A DNA stretch of 64,000 nucleotides from an uncultured Ruminococcus sp. (GTDB taxonomy: Bacteria > Bacillota > Clostridia > Oscillospirales > Acutalibacteraceae). How positions within the stretch are numbered: position 1 is the stretch's first letter; each line of letters begins with the position of its first letter. The notes beneath the pieces are model-generated. The model did not search any database, had not been told where the DNA came from, and saw nothing but the letters and a program-made list of their open reading frames with translations. Position numbers and translations under genes: made by a program. Where the stretch lies: positions 36,825 through 100,824 of the forward strand of contig CAZKUO010000001.1 in assembly GCA_964555975.1 (NCBI GenBank). Reading direction: 5' to 3'. This document shows, piece after piece, positions 19,737 to 29,087 of the stretch.

Positions 19737-20986
19737 TGCAATTCCTCCAGGCTTACGGTTATTTTTGATTTTGCAAGCGGTAGCTTTTCGGCCTTTACCG
19801 TAAGCTTTTCCATTTCACCGGGCGCGGCCTTAAGCCTTACGGCCGTTGCCAAAATTTCGTCTCCGCTTTTAACGGTGTATTTTACCCGCCCGAAGGGGTT
19901 GCTTACCCGCAGGAACAAATCCACGTCACTCCCGCAGTCAAGGTTTATGCGCTGCGGCAAGACATAGCGAACGCCGTTTCCCGCCTCGGTTGTTATCCTT
20001 TCGCCGCCGTGCTTTCCGCTCAGCACATAAGCTGCGGCACCGCGGCCCGCAAGCTCGGCCTCGTCCGATACATAGTCAACCAAATCGTGCACCTGAAGCA
20101 CATTGCCGCAGGCAAAAATTCCGTCACATTCGGTTTGCCGCCGTTCATCCACCACGGCGCCGCTTGTTATACCGTCCATTGCAATGCCGGCGTTTCTTGT
20201 GAGCTCGTTTTCGGGGATTAAACCAACAGATAAAAGCAGTGTGTCACACGGAATATAGCGACGTGTGCTTTCTATAATACGGTGGTTTTTATCAACCTCG
20301 GCCACGGTTACCCCTTCAAGGCGGTCACGCCCGTGTATTTCGGCCACCGTGGTTGAAAGATAAAGCGGTATTCCGAAATCCTCAAGGCACTGAACAATGT
20401 TTCGCTTAAGCCCGCCCGAATAAGGCATAAGCTCACAAACGGCCTCAACCTTTGCGCCTTCAAGTGACATTCTTCTTGCCATAATAAGCCCTATATCACC
20501 CGATCCCAAAATCACAACGCGCCTGCCTACGGAAAAGCCCTCGCAGTTCATAAGCTTTTGTGCGGTGCCAGCGCTGTAAACGCCTGCGGGACGTGTGCCG
20601 GGGGTGTTGAGCGCACCGCGGCTTCTCTCTCGGCAGCCCATTGCAAGCACAACCGCCTCTGCCTTTATTTTAAGCAGCCCCTCGGTGCTTTGCGCGGTTA
20701 CGGTTTTATCCGGCGAAATATCGGTCACCATGGTTTCGGGGTAAACCTTAATTCCGCGTTCACGCACCTTTTCCTCATAAACCGCGGCATATTCGGGGCC
20801 GGTAAGCTCACGCCCTAATTTGTGAAGACCGAAGCCGTTATGTATGCACTGCTTTAAAATGCCGCCGAGGCTTTCCTCGCGGTCTATTATGCAAACATCC
20901 TTAACACCGCTGTCAAAAGCGGCCACAGCCGCCGCCATTCCCGCAGGGCCGCCGCCGACCACCGCTATTTTATGGTTAACAAACAT
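19733..20986 (-). CDS. NAD(P)/FAD-dependent pyridine-nucleotide-disulfide-type oxidoreductase
   Basis: Two dinucleotide-binding folds (VVGGGPAGMAAA and ILGSGDIGL). Conserved partner of the GlpA-like and DUF1667 genes. Confidence 0.8.
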   Translation of the reverse strand: MFVNHKIAVVGGGPAGMAAAVAAFDSGVKDVCIIDREESLGGILKQCIHNGFGLHKLGRELTGPEYAAVYEEKVRERGIKVYPETMVTDISPDKTVTAQSTEGLLKIKAEAVVLAMGCRERSRGALNTPGTRPAGVYSAGTAQKLMNCEGFSVGRRVVILGSGDIGLIMARRMSLEGAKVEAVCELMPYSGGLKRNIVQCLEDFGIPLYLSTTVAEIHGRDRLEGVTVAEVDKNHRIIESTRRYIPCDTLLLSVGLIPENELTRNAGIAMDGITSGAVVDERRQTECDGIFACGNVLQVHDLVDYVSDEAELAGRGAAAYVLSGKHGGERITTEAGNGVRYVLPQRINLDCGSDVDLFLRVSNPFGRVKYTVKSGDEILATAVRLKAAPGEMEKLTVKAEKLPLAKSKITVSLEELQ

Positions 20987-20996
20987 CTCAAATCCC

Positions 20997-22430
20997 TCAC
21001 ATTCTGCCGATAACGGCTACAGAGCTTCCGCCCTTTTTGGTTATCTCGGTTTCATCAAGCTCGGCTTCGCGGGCTATCAGCTTCATAACATACGGCATAC
21101 AAAAGCCGCCCTGACAACGCCCCATACCCGATCTTGTGCGGCGCTTTATGCCGTCAATATCGCAGGGCTTAGGATTGCGGTGAAGCGCAGCTGCAATCTC
21201 ACCCTCGCTAACCTGCTCACAGCGGCAGATAATTCTGCCGTATGCGGGATTTTTCTTTATAAATTCATCCTTTTCGTCATCACTGAGCTTTTTAAAGGCG
21301 TGGGTATCCTCCCTTTGCGGGTTAAAGCTCGGGTTTTCCTTGAAAACAGCCCCCTCGGTTTTTAAGAGCTCGGCAATATATTCCGCAATTGCAGCACATG
21401 AGGAAAGTCCCGGAGAATCAATCGCCGCCGCGTGAATAAGGCCCTTTACACGCTTTGAGGCTTCAATTATAAAATCGCCGCCGGCAGCAGAAGCCCTAAC
21501 CCCCGAAAAGGAGGTTATAACGGCACGTGTGTTAACCGTGGGCACGCTTTTTTTCGCAAGTGCCGCCACTGCTTCAAGGCCTGCTGCGGTGGTTTCGGTG
21601 CTTTCGGGTGAAGGCTTTTTTTCGGCTGTGGGCCCCAAAAGCAGGTTTCCGTCTGCCGTGGGGGTGACTAAAATTCCCTTGCCGTTTGCGGTAGGCACCT
21701 GAAAAACAGTGTGAGACACGGTGCCGCCCTCGGCCTTGTCAAGCAGCATATATTCGCCTGCCCGCGGGATTATTTCGCAAAGCTCATCACCCGCAAGCTC
21801 GGCAATTTTATCAGAATAGGCACCGGCACAGTTTACAAGATACTCTGCGGTTATCTGTCTGCCGTCGGCAGAGCAAATTCTAAAGCCGTCCTTCTCACGC
21901 ACTATTGCCGTTACCTCGTAATTTGTGAGTAGCTCGGCACCGTTATCCATAGCGTTGCCCGCCGCGGCAATTGTGAGTGCATAGGGACAAATTATGCCTG
22001 CGTTTGTAACAAGCAGAGCCTTGGTAACCTCGCTTGATAAGCGCGGCTCAAGCGCACGTGCTTCATCACCCGAGAGTATTTTCATACCCTCAATGCCGTT
22101 TTTAAGGCCTCTTTCGTAAAGCTCGTCTATTGCGGGCTCCTCCTCACTGCCAAAAGCCACAACAAGTGAGCCGTTGTTTTTGTGAGGCACGTTAAGCTCA
22201 CGTGCCGCCTTGTACAAAAGCTCAACTCCGCGTGCATTAAGGCTTGCCTTAAGAGTGCCGGGCTCCGGGTCAAAGCCGCCGTGTATAATGCCGCTGTTTG
22301 CCTTTGAAGCGCCCATGGCCACGTCATTTTCCTTTTCAAGCATACAAACCGAAAGCCCGCGCCTTGTAAGCTCCCGCGCGGTCATGGCTCCCACAACGCC
22401 CGCACCTATAATTGCCACATCGTAAATCAT
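20997..22430 (-). CDS. FAD-dependent glycerol-3-phosphate dehydrogenase-like oxidoreductase with BFD-like [2Fe-2S] domain
   Basis: DVAIIGAGVVGA FAD fold and a C-terminal CRCE...GRCQGGFC BFD-type cluster motif. ATG at 22430 lies 8 nt after AAAGGAAAGG and is preferred over the TTG at 22451. Confidence 0.75.
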   Translation of the reverse strand: MIYDVAIIGAGVVGAMTARELTRRGLSVCMLEKENDVAMGASKANSGIIHGGFDPEPGTLKASLNARGVELLYKAARELNVPHKNNGSLVVAFGSEEEPAIDELYERGLKNGIEGMKILSGDEARALEPRLSSEVTKALLVTNAGIICPYALTIAAAGNAMDNGAELLTNYEVTAIVREKDGFRICSADGRQITAEYLVNCAGAYSDKIAELAGDELCEIIPRAGEYMLLDKAEGGTVSHTVFQVPTANGKGILVTPTADGNLLLGPTAEKKPSPESTETTAAGLEAVAALAKKSVPTVNTRAVITSFSGVRASAAGGDFIIEASKRVKGLIHAAAIDSPGLSSCAAIAEYIAELLKTEGAVFKENPSFNPQREDTHAFKKLSDDEKDEFIKKNPAYGRIICRCEQVSEGEIAAALHRNPKPCDIDGIKRRTRSGMGRCQGGFCMPYVMKLIAREAELDETEITKKGGSSVAVIGRM

Positions 22431-22449
22431 TTTTTCAACCTTTCCTTTC

Positions 22450-22498
22450 AAAAAAAGAAGAACGAAAACATGACGGTGAAAGGCACCGCCGTGTTTCC
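22450..22498 (-). terminator. intrinsic terminator between mgtC and the glpA-like gene; candidate GlpP-controlled leader terminator
   Basis: Minus strand: GAAACACGGCGGTG-CCTTT-CACCGTCATGTTTTC, then GTTCTTCTTTTTTTG running straight into the RBS of the next gene. Confidence 0.65.
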
Positions 22499-22527
22499 GC
22501 TCTCTTAATTCTCCGCAGATTTATTAT

Positions 22528-23199
22528 TTATTCTTCTATTGAAAATACCACGTTTTCAAGCTTGCAAAGCGAGGAAACGTCCAAATCAATTCGTTTATCG
22601 GTTACAATATTCAAGCCCACGTTGCCATGAATGTTGCTTTTCGGGGCGAATATTTGGTATGTAAAGCTTTCCTTAATTATTTCCTCAAGGCGGCTTATCA
22701 CGCTGTTCACCGCATAAGCATTATCAAGCTCAAGATAAATCACCTCGGCCGATTTGCGCTTGCGCTCAAACCGAGAAAACAAAATTATTGTGCTTAAAAA
22801 CAGCACCGTTACAGTAACGGCACCAACATAATAGCCGTAGCCTACCGCCACGCCTATTGTGCCTGTAGTCCACACACCGGCCGCTGTGGTGAGGCCCGTT
22901 ATCATATTGTTGGATTTTAAAATAATCATTCCGGCACCCAAAAAGCCTATTCCCGAAATCACCTGAGCCGGTATTCGGAAAACATCGCCGTTGTTACCGA
23001 GGGCATTTGCCACAAACATACTCGTCATACTTGTCATACATGAGCCCAGGCAAACCAAAATGTGGGTTCGCATTCCGGCGGCACGACCGTGCCGTGCGCG
23101 CTCACTGCCTATAAGTCCGCCTATTATAACGGCAAGCAGGGCACGCACAACGGTTTTAAGCAAAAAACCGTCTGCCGCAAGCAAATATAAATATTTCAC
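22528..23199 (-). CDS. mgtC: MgtC/SapB family membrane protein
   Basis: 223 aa. Four to five N-terminal TM helices with GSERARHGRAAGMRTH (MgtC signature region) and a soluble ACT-like C-terminus. Confidence 0.85.
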   Translation of the reverse strand: MKYLYLLAADGFLLKTVVRALLAVIIGGLIGSERARHGRAAGMRTHILVCLGSCMTSMTSMFVANALGNNGDVFRIPAQVISGIGFLGAGMIILKSNNMITGLTTAAGVWTTGTIGVAVGYGYYVGAVTVTVLFLSTIILFSRFERKRKSAEVIYLELDNAYAVNSVISRLEEIIKESFTYQIFAPKSNIHGNVGLNIVTDKRIDLDVSSLCKLENVVFSIEE

Positions 23200-23258
23200 C
23201 TGAAATCACCTCCCGCGAGGCAATGCGTCAGCTTCGATTGTCTCGTTTGTATTCTATT

Positions 23259-23819
23259 CTAAATACTGTGCCATAATTCCTTTTTTCCGGTTGAAACGGC
23301 AAGTGCCCCAACGGAAAGTGCCGCCGTTGCTTCCTGCTTTGTTTCTATAAGCCCGCCCGCTATCACGGGAACCGACTGCGCCGAAAAAAATCGCAAAGCC
23401 TTGGGAATAACGCCCGGCATAATTTCAATTAAATCAGGGCGTGAGCTTTCAAGCATTTCCGTAATGGAGGACATCCCCTTGGAATCAAGCACAAAAAAGC
23501 GCTGAACCGCCGCAAGTGAGCAATCGTGCGCCGCACGTATAAGCTGGCTTCTGGTTGAAATTATCCCGTCCGCACCGAGGCTTTTAAGCCACTCGACACC
23601 GTATTTATCCTTGCCGATGCCGTCGGTCAGGTCTATGTGCACAAAAACCGTCTTCCCGAGAGCCTTGGCTGCGGCAATATCCTCCGCCGCGGTGAGTATT
23701 CCAGCACCTAAATGAAACAGAACCTCCGCATCCGAGGCAACGGCGGCCCGCCAGCCCGCACGGTCGGTTGCGGCAATAATCGGAGTGCGCTCAAGCGCCT
23801 CAATTATGCAAGAATTCAT
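23259..23819 (-). CDS. glpP: glycerol-3-phosphate-responsive antiterminator GlpP
   Basis: The pattern matches B. subtilis GlpP as recalled (HIDL..G...D..G, GIISTR, IQRFF.LDS, PDLIEIMPG, IAGGLIETK, LW end). ATG at 23819 behind GGAGGGG is preferred over 23867. Confidence 0.85.
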   Translation of the reverse strand: MNSCIIEALERTPIIAATDRAGWRAAVASDAEVLFHLGAGILTAAEDIAAAKALGKTVFVHIDLTDGIGKDKYGVEWLKSLGADGIISTRSQLIRAAHDCSLAAVQRFFVLDSKGMSSITEMLESSRPDLIEIMPGVIPKALRFFSAQSVPVIAGGLIETKQEATAALSVGALAVSTGKKELWHSI

Positions 23820-23886
23820 ATAACCCCTCCAAACATAAAAAGACGCAAAGCGACCAAGGCCTTGCATCTCTCTAATCTCCTTACAT

Positions 23887-23914
23887 ATTATAACGCAAAA
23901 TCCCCGCTTGTCAA
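23887..23914 (-). promoter_or_regulatory. consensus sigma-70 promoter for glpP-mgtC
   Basis: Minus strand: TTGACA (23914-23909), 16-nt spacer, TATAAT (23892-23887). Confidence 0.65.
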
Positions 23915-23947
23915 GAGCGTTTTTTTGCTTAGGCAGCTACGGATTAT

Positions 23948-24793
23948 TTAGTGTGACAGCAGGCGCCGCGCGGCACTGCAAAGGGCAAAGACAGCAATAT
24001 CCGTTGCAACAACGGTTGCACCTACCGGAGTACCCGCCAAAACGGCAATTAAAATCCCCAAAACGGCGCAGGTGACCGAAATCACCGCAGAGCACACCGT
24101 TACGGCCTTAAAGCTTTTAAAAAGCCGCATAGCCGAAAGCGCGGGGAAAACCACAAGCGCCGAAATAAGCAGTGAACCCACAAGGCTCATTGCCAGCACC
24201 ACAACAACCGCCGCAATAACCGCAAGCAGCAGGTTGTAAAGTTCGGTTTTTGTACCTACGGCCTTTGCAAAATCCTCATCAAAGGTAACGGCGAAAATTT
24301 TATTGTAAAGCAAAACAAACACCGCCGTAACAAGCAGTGAAAGCACCGCACACAGTATAACCTCTTTTTGGGTGAGGGTTAAAATAGAGGTGGAGCCGAA
24401 AAGCGTACTGCACACATCCCCCGATAAATTCGGTGATGTACCGAATAAATTCATTAACAGATAGCCCACCGCCAGCGCGCCGACCGAAAGCATTGCCACG
24501 GCGGCATCACCGCGAACGCCGCTTTTTTGCCCGCCGCGCAGTAAAAGCACCGCACATATAACGGTTATCCCGAGTGTCAGCGGCATATCGTTTGAAAGAC
24601 CGAGTACCGCCGCCACCGCCATTGCCCCAAAGGCAACGTGCGAAAGACCGTCACCTATAAACGAAAAGCGCTTAAGCACCAAAATTACGCCGAGCAGTGC
24701 CGAGCAAAGCGAAATAAGCACGCCCACAATAAGGGCGTAGCGCACAAACGGGTAGGAAAAATAGGCACTCAGCCTGTAAATCAGCTCAGTCAC
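23948..24793 (-). CDS. metal (Zn/Mn) ABC transporter permease
   Basis: Multi-TM protein of the ZnuB/TroCD type. GTG at 24793 (GTGACTGA overlap with the upstream stop, behind AAGGGGGG) is preferred over the track start at 24871. Confidence 0.8.
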   Translation of the reverse strand: MTELIYRLSAYFSYPFVRYALIVGVLISLCSALLGVILVLKRFSFIGDGLSHVAFGAMAVAAVLGLSNDMPLTLGITVICAVLLLRGGQKSGVRGDAAVAMLSVGALAVGYLLMNLFGTSPNLSGDVCSTLFGSTSILTLTQKEVILCAVLSLLVTAVFVLLYNKIFAVTFDEDFAKAVGTKTELYNLLLAVIAAVVVVLAMSLVGSLLISALVVFPALSAMRLFKSFKAVTVCSAVISVTCAVLGILIAVLAGTPVGATVVATDIAVFALCSAARRLLSH

Positions 24794-25499
24794 GGTTTTT
24801 CCCCCCTTCATGGTGTGCTCCGCCGCACAACGGACATTCGGCATATTCAAAGGCGGGGCCGAAAAACGCATTTTCCCCTATGTGAAGAACACTGTCGGCA
24901 TAGGTGAGAGCCGCCGATATATCATGTGAAATCATAATCACGGTAATGCCGTCGTTGCGGTTAAGGCTGTAAATCAATTCATACATTTCCTTTGCGGCGG
25001 CAGGGTCAAGCCCGGTAACGGGTTCATCAAGCAAAAGCATTTTTTTTGCGGCACAAAGCGCCCGCGCAAGCAACACACGCTGCTGCTGCCCGCCCGAAAG
25101 CTCCCTGTAGCTGTGACCCGATAAATTAGCTATGCCCATTTTTTTCATTGCCGCTTCCGCAAGGCGTTTTTCCTCCTTGCCGTAAAAAAATCCGCCGCGG
25201 CACCTGCTTTGCCCGCCCGAAAGCACAATTTCGCGCACCGAAGCGGGAAAATCCCGCTGAAAATCCGTTTGCTGCGGCAAATAGCCTATTTCGGTTCCTT
25301 TAAGCCCGTCTCCCGTGGTAATGCTGCCGCCGACAACCGGCAAAAGACCCAAAACGGTTTTCATAAGCGTGCTTTTACCCGAGCCGTTTTCACCGAGAAC
25401 ACAAATATATTCGCCCTTTTCAACACTGAAATTAATGCCGCTTAAAACGGTTTTTCCGCCGTAGCCTACGGCTAAATCGCGGCAGATAAGCTGTGCCAC
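24786..25499 (-). CDS. metal ABC transporter ATP-binding protein
   Basis: Walker A GENGSGKST, signature LSGGQQQR and Walker B LLLDEP. Confidence 0.9.
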   Translation of the reverse strand: MAQLICRDLAVGYGGKTVLSGINFSVEKGEYICVLGENGSGKSTLMKTVLGLLPVVGGSITTGDGLKGTEIGYLPQQTDFQRDFPASVREIVLSGGQSRCRGGFFYGKEEKRLAEAAMKKMGIANLSGHSYRELSGGQQQRVLLARALCAAKKMLLLDEPVTGLDPAAAKEMYELIYSLNRNDGITVIMISHDISAALTYADSVLHIGENAFFGPAFEYAECPLCGGAHHEGGKNRD

Positions 25500-25515
25500 A
25501 CCTATACCCCCTTTT

Positions 25516-26469
25516 TTAATTCAAGGCTTTTTTCAAAACCTCAAGATTATCCGACATAGCCGAAAGATAGCTTATGCCGCTTTTTATATCCTCCGCCGCA
25601 ACCGCCTGCATAGAGCAAAGGCTCAAAACCGAGGGCTTTACGCCGTTTGCACCGTTTACTATTGCTTCGGCTGTTTTTTGCCCCGCTCCGTCCACCGTTA
25701 AAACACAGGGTAAATTAAGCTCCTCAAGCTTTTTCACAAGAAAGGCAACGGTTTCAAAGGAGGCACCCGTTTCGGCAGAGCAGCCGGGGAATGCGGCATA
25801 ATATGTGAGTGAGTAATCCTCGGTTAAATAGCGAAAGGGAAAACGGTCCCCGAAAAGCAGGGTTTTGCGCTTTGCGGCGGCCACTGTGCTTTCGTATTCG
25901 CTGTCAAGTGCGGAAAGCTCGGCAAGGTAATTTTCAAGCCTTTCCGAAAAATAATCCTTTTTTTCGGGGGAAAGCCTGCACAGTGCCTCGAAAATGGCAG
26001 TGCAAAGGCTTTTGGCATTTTTAAGCGAAAGCCACACGTGCTCATCGATTTCCTCAATGTCACTGCTGTTTTCGCTTTGCATACCCTCAACCGTTTCCTC
26101 GGTTTTGAGCGCCGCGCCCAAAGCCTCGGTGAGCTTTACCGTTTGCCTGTTTTCGGCACTTGTGCGGTCGATTTTTTCGGTCCATTCGTCCGATTCACCG
26201 CCGACATATACAAAAAGCCCGCAGCTTGAAATATCAACAATATCCCCGGCGGTCGGTTGGTAGCTGTGTAAATCCACACCGTTGTCGGTAAGCAGGGTAA
26301 TTTCAAAATTTTTTGCCTCGTCACCCAAAATATTAATTACCCAATCATAGGCGGGAAAAACGGTTGTGACGATTTTTATTTTATTTGACTGTGCCGTGCC
26401 CTCACCGCACCCCGCAAAAATGCCCGAAAACAGGCAAAGCGCAAGAAAAGCACAAATAATTTTTTTCAT
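25516..26469 (-). CDS. metal ABC transporter substrate-binding lipoprotein (ZnuA/TroA cluster-9 type)
   Basis: Lipobox LFSGIFAGC, DLHSYQP and DEHVW metal-ligand motifs. No His-rich loop, so metal specificity is uncertain. Confidence 0.85.
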   Translation of the reverse strand: MKKIICAFLALCLFSGIFAGCGEGTAQSNKIKIVTTVFPAYDWVINILGDEAKNFEITLLTDNGVDLHSYQPTAGDIVDISSCGLFVYVGGESDEWTEKIDRTSAENRQTVKLTEALGAALKTEETVEGMQSENSSDIEEIDEHVWLSLKNAKSLCTAIFEALCRLSPEKKDYFSERLENYLAELSALDSEYESTVAAAKRKTLLFGDRFPFRYLTEDYSLTYYAAFPGCSAETGASFETVAFLVKKLEELNLPCVLTVDGAGQKTAEAIVNGANGVKPSVLSLCSMQAVAAEDIKSGISYLSAMSDNLEVLKKALN

Positions 26470-26489
26470 AAAACAGGGGCCTCCGAGTC

Positions 26490-26512
26490 AATTTGCAATT
26501 CATTTGCAAATT
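26490..26512. promoter_or_regulatory. palindromic operator candidate over the start-site region of the metal ABC operon
   Basis: AATTTGCAA-ttcat-TTGCAAATT: a perfect 9-bp inverted repeat lying between the -10 element and the RBS. Confidence 0.5.
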
Positions 26513-26541
26513 AGTATAACACGGGAGAGGGCATAAGTCAA
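26513..26541 (-). promoter_or_regulatory. sigma-70 promoter of the metal ABC operon
   Basis: Minus strand: TTGACT (26541-26536), 17-nt spacer, TATACT (26518-26513). Confidence 0.6.
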
Positions 26542-26554
26542 GGCGATTTAACCC

Positions 26555-26600
26555 CAAAATCAACAAAATCACCTTCGGATATTTTTTCCGAAAGGTGATT
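26555..26600 (-). terminator. rho-independent terminator after the nrdR-gltX-glnS-nif3 operon
   Basis: Minus strand: AATCACCTTTCGG-AAAAAATA-CCGAAGGTGATT followed by TTGTTGATTTT. Confidence 0.65.
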
Positions 26601-26624
26601 TGCTGTGTTTTATGTGAAATAGAT

Positions 26625-27374
26625 TTATATGTGTGTGATTGATGTGCCATGGCAGGTAACAACGCGAAGTGCAGAAAAATGCTCCGCAAGCAGATTTTTC
26701 AAGGGCTCGGTTACAACATCCTCTGTGTTAAAGTGACCTGCATCAAACACGGTAATACCGAGCCGCTCGGCATCAATAAACACATTGTGCTTAACATCGG
26801 CTGTTACAAGGGCATCACAGCCGTGGCGTGCGACCTCACAAAGGTAGCCTCCGCCGCTGCCCGAGCACAAAAGCAACCGCTCTATCGGGGCGGAGGTTTT
26901 GTTGAATTTAACACAGCCGCCGAGACGGGATTTTATAAGCCGTGCCACAGCCTCCGATGAAAGCGGAGACGGCAATTTGCCTGTGTTTAAAAGATACCCG
27001 TCTGCCGCGGCAACCTTTTTAACCTCGCAAAGCCCGAGGGCAGCCGAAAGCGCATCATTTACGCCACCCGTGCCCACATCAAGATTTGTGTGCATTGATA
27101 TTACCGAAATGCCGCTTTTAATAAGCTCATAAGCCACAGAGCCCGCAAGCACGTTTTTCAGCGGCTCGAAAATTACGGGGTGATGCGTTATTATCAGCCC
27201 GCAGCCGTTATCGCGTGCCGCCTGTATTGCGGCGGGGGTGCAGTCAAGTGAGACAACCGCACCCGTTATTTCGGCATTCGGGTCACCTGCCAAAATTCCC
27301 ACATTGTCAAAATCACAGGCAGTATCAACGGGGAAAAGGGTGTTTAAAAATTCAAATACCTCACGTACCGTCAT
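26625..27374 (-). CDS. Nif3-like dinuclear metal-centre protein (GTP cyclohydrolase 1 type 2 homologue)
   Basis: 249 aa with ITHHPVIF and SMHTNLD motifs typical of the NIF3/YqfO family. Confidence 0.85.
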   Translation of the reverse strand: MTVREVFEFLNTLFPVDTACDFDNVGILAGDPNAEITGAVVSLDCTPAAIQAARDNGCGLIITHHPVIFEPLKNVLAGSVAYELIKSGISVISMHTNLDVGTGGVNDALSAALGLCEVKKVAAADGYLLNTGKLPSPLSSEAVARLIKSRLGGCVKFNKTSAPIERLLLCSGSGGGYLCEVARHGCDALVTADVKHNVFIDAERLGITVFDAGHFNTEDVVTEPLKNLLAEHFSALRVVTCHGTSITHI

Positions 27375-27389
27375 TTTTTCAACACCCGC

Positions 27390-29075
27390 CTACGCCTTTT
27401 TGGTAAAGGAGTCCTTCAAAGCGACCGTGCGGTTGAATACCGGGTGTTCCTCGGTGCTGCTTTCATCTGCACAGAAATATCCGAGCCTCATAAACTGAAA
27501 GGCCTTTCCCGGTTTTACACCGCACAGTGATTTATCTATACGGCAACCGTTTAGCACCGTGAGAGAATCGGGATTAAGGTTATCCGCAAAGGAGGAAACC
27601 CCCTCCTCGTCACTGGGATTCGGAACATTGAAAAGTCGGTCGTAAAGCCGTACCTCCGCTTCAACCGAACAGTCGGCACTGACCCAGTGCAGTGTGCCCT
27701 TAACCTTTCTGCCGTCGGCTGTTTCACCGCCGTAGCTTTCGGGGTCATAGGTGCAGTGCACGGCGGTAATGCTGCCGTCCTCAGCCGTTTCGTGTGAAGC
27801 ATACTTAATGTAGTACGCACCCTTAAGCCGTACCTCCTTTTGGGGGCACAGGCGGAAATATTTTCCCGGTGGGTCAAGCATAAAGTCATCCTGCTCGATA
27901 AACAGTTCTCTCGAAAATGTAACCGTGCGCTTGCCGAGCTCCGGCTTATTCGGATTCACATCAATCGCAATTTCCTCGCGCTTGTCTTCCGGGTAATTAT
28001 CAATAATTATTTTCAGCGGGCGCAAAACCGCCATTGCGCGGTCGGCGTTTTCGTTCAGGTTATCCCTTACACAGGCTTCAAGCAGAGCGTAATCAATAAC
28101 GCTGTAGGCCTTGGAAACACCGATTTTATCCACAAAATCACGTATAGCCTCGGCAGGGTAGCCGCGGCGGCGCATACCGCAAAGGGTGGCCATTCGCGGG
28201 TCGTCCCAGCCGCTTACAAGCCCGTCATTCACAAGCTTTAAGCACTTGCGCTTGCTGGTCAGGGTGTAATTAAGATTCATACGCGCAAATTCTATTTGGC
28301 GCGGCGGTTGCGGAATGTCAAGCACCTGTAAGAACCAATTGTAAAGCGGGCGGTGATTTTCAAATTCAAGCGAGCAAAGTGAGTGCGTAACCCCCTCGGC
28401 GGCATCGCTTAAGGGATGTGCGAAATCATACATCGGGTAAACGCACCATTTATCGCCGGTGCGGTGGTGTGTTGCCCGCATAATGCGGTAAACCACGGGG
28501 TCGCGCATATTTATGTTGGGCGACGCCATATCTATTTTTGCACGCAAGACCATAGCCCCGTCGGGAAATTCGCCGTCGGTCATTCGGCGGAAAAGCTCGC
28601 GTGTTTCCTCAACCGGTCGGTTGCGGTAGGGGCTTTCGGTGCCGGGCTCTGTTAGGGTGCCGCGCATTTCGCGGATTTCATCCGCCGAGCCTTCGTCAAC
28701 ATAGGCAAGCCCCTTGTCAATAAGCTTTAGGGCACACTCGTAAAGAAAATCAAAATAATCCGAGGCATAATAAACATTATTCCACTTAAAGCCGAGCCAT
28801 TCTATATCCTGCTTTATGGCATCAACGTACTCAACGTCCTCCTTGGAGGGATTGGTGTCATCAAGGCGCAGATTACAGCTTCCGCCGTATTTTTCGGCGG
28901 TGGAAAAATCAATGCATATTGCCTTGGCATGGCCTATGTGCAGGTAACCGTTCGGCTCCGGCGGGAAACGGGTTTGAATGTGGTCGTAAACCCCGCTCTT
29001 TAAATCTTCATCAATAAAATCGTGTATAAAATTAGAGGAAACGGCGGCTTCGCCGTTTTTAATTTCTTCCGACAT
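27390..29075 (-). CDS. glnS: glutamine--tRNA ligase
   Basis: 561 aa. Class-I HIGH motif (YLHIGHAK) and a KMSKS-type LTSKRK. FIHDFIDEDL N-terminus and a GlnRS-type C-terminal domain. Confidence 0.9.
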   Translation of the reverse strand: MSEEIKNGEAAVSSNFIHDFIDEDLKSGVYDHIQTRFPPEPNGYLHIGHAKAICIDFSTAEKYGGSCNLRLDDTNPSKEDVEYVDAIKQDIEWLGFKWNNVYYASDYFDFLYECALKLIDKGLAYVDEGSADEIREMRGTLTEPGTESPYRNRPVEETRELFRRMTDGEFPDGAMVLRAKIDMASPNINMRDPVVYRIMRATHHRTGDKWCVYPMYDFAHPLSDAAEGVTHSLCSLEFENHRPLYNWFLQVLDIPQPPRQIEFARMNLNYTLTSKRKCLKLVNDGLVSGWDDPRMATLCGMRRRGYPAEAIRDFVDKIGVSKAYSVIDYALLEACVRDNLNENADRAMAVLRPLKIIIDNYPEDKREEIAIDVNPNKPELGKRTVTFSRELFIEQDDFMLDPPGKYFRLCPQKEVRLKGAYYIKYASHETAEDGSITAVHCTYDPESYGGETADGRKVKGTLHWVSADCSVEAEVRLYDRLFNVPNPSDEEGVSSFADNLNPDSLTVLNGCRIDKSLCGVKPGKAFQFMRLGYFCADESSTEEHPVFNRTVALKDSFTKKA

Positions 29076-29087
29076 AATTTTTCCCCC

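Noticed and set aside
23200-23258. A Mg-sensing M-box leader upstream of mgtC.
   Set aside because: The gap is only 59 nt, far too short for an M-box, and mgtC appears co-transcribed with glpP.
26402-26689. 95-aa minus-strand ORF spanning the nif3/znuA-like intergenic region.
   Set aside because: It runs through a terminator, a promoter, an operator and the signal-peptide region of the binding-protein gene, and it has no RBS.
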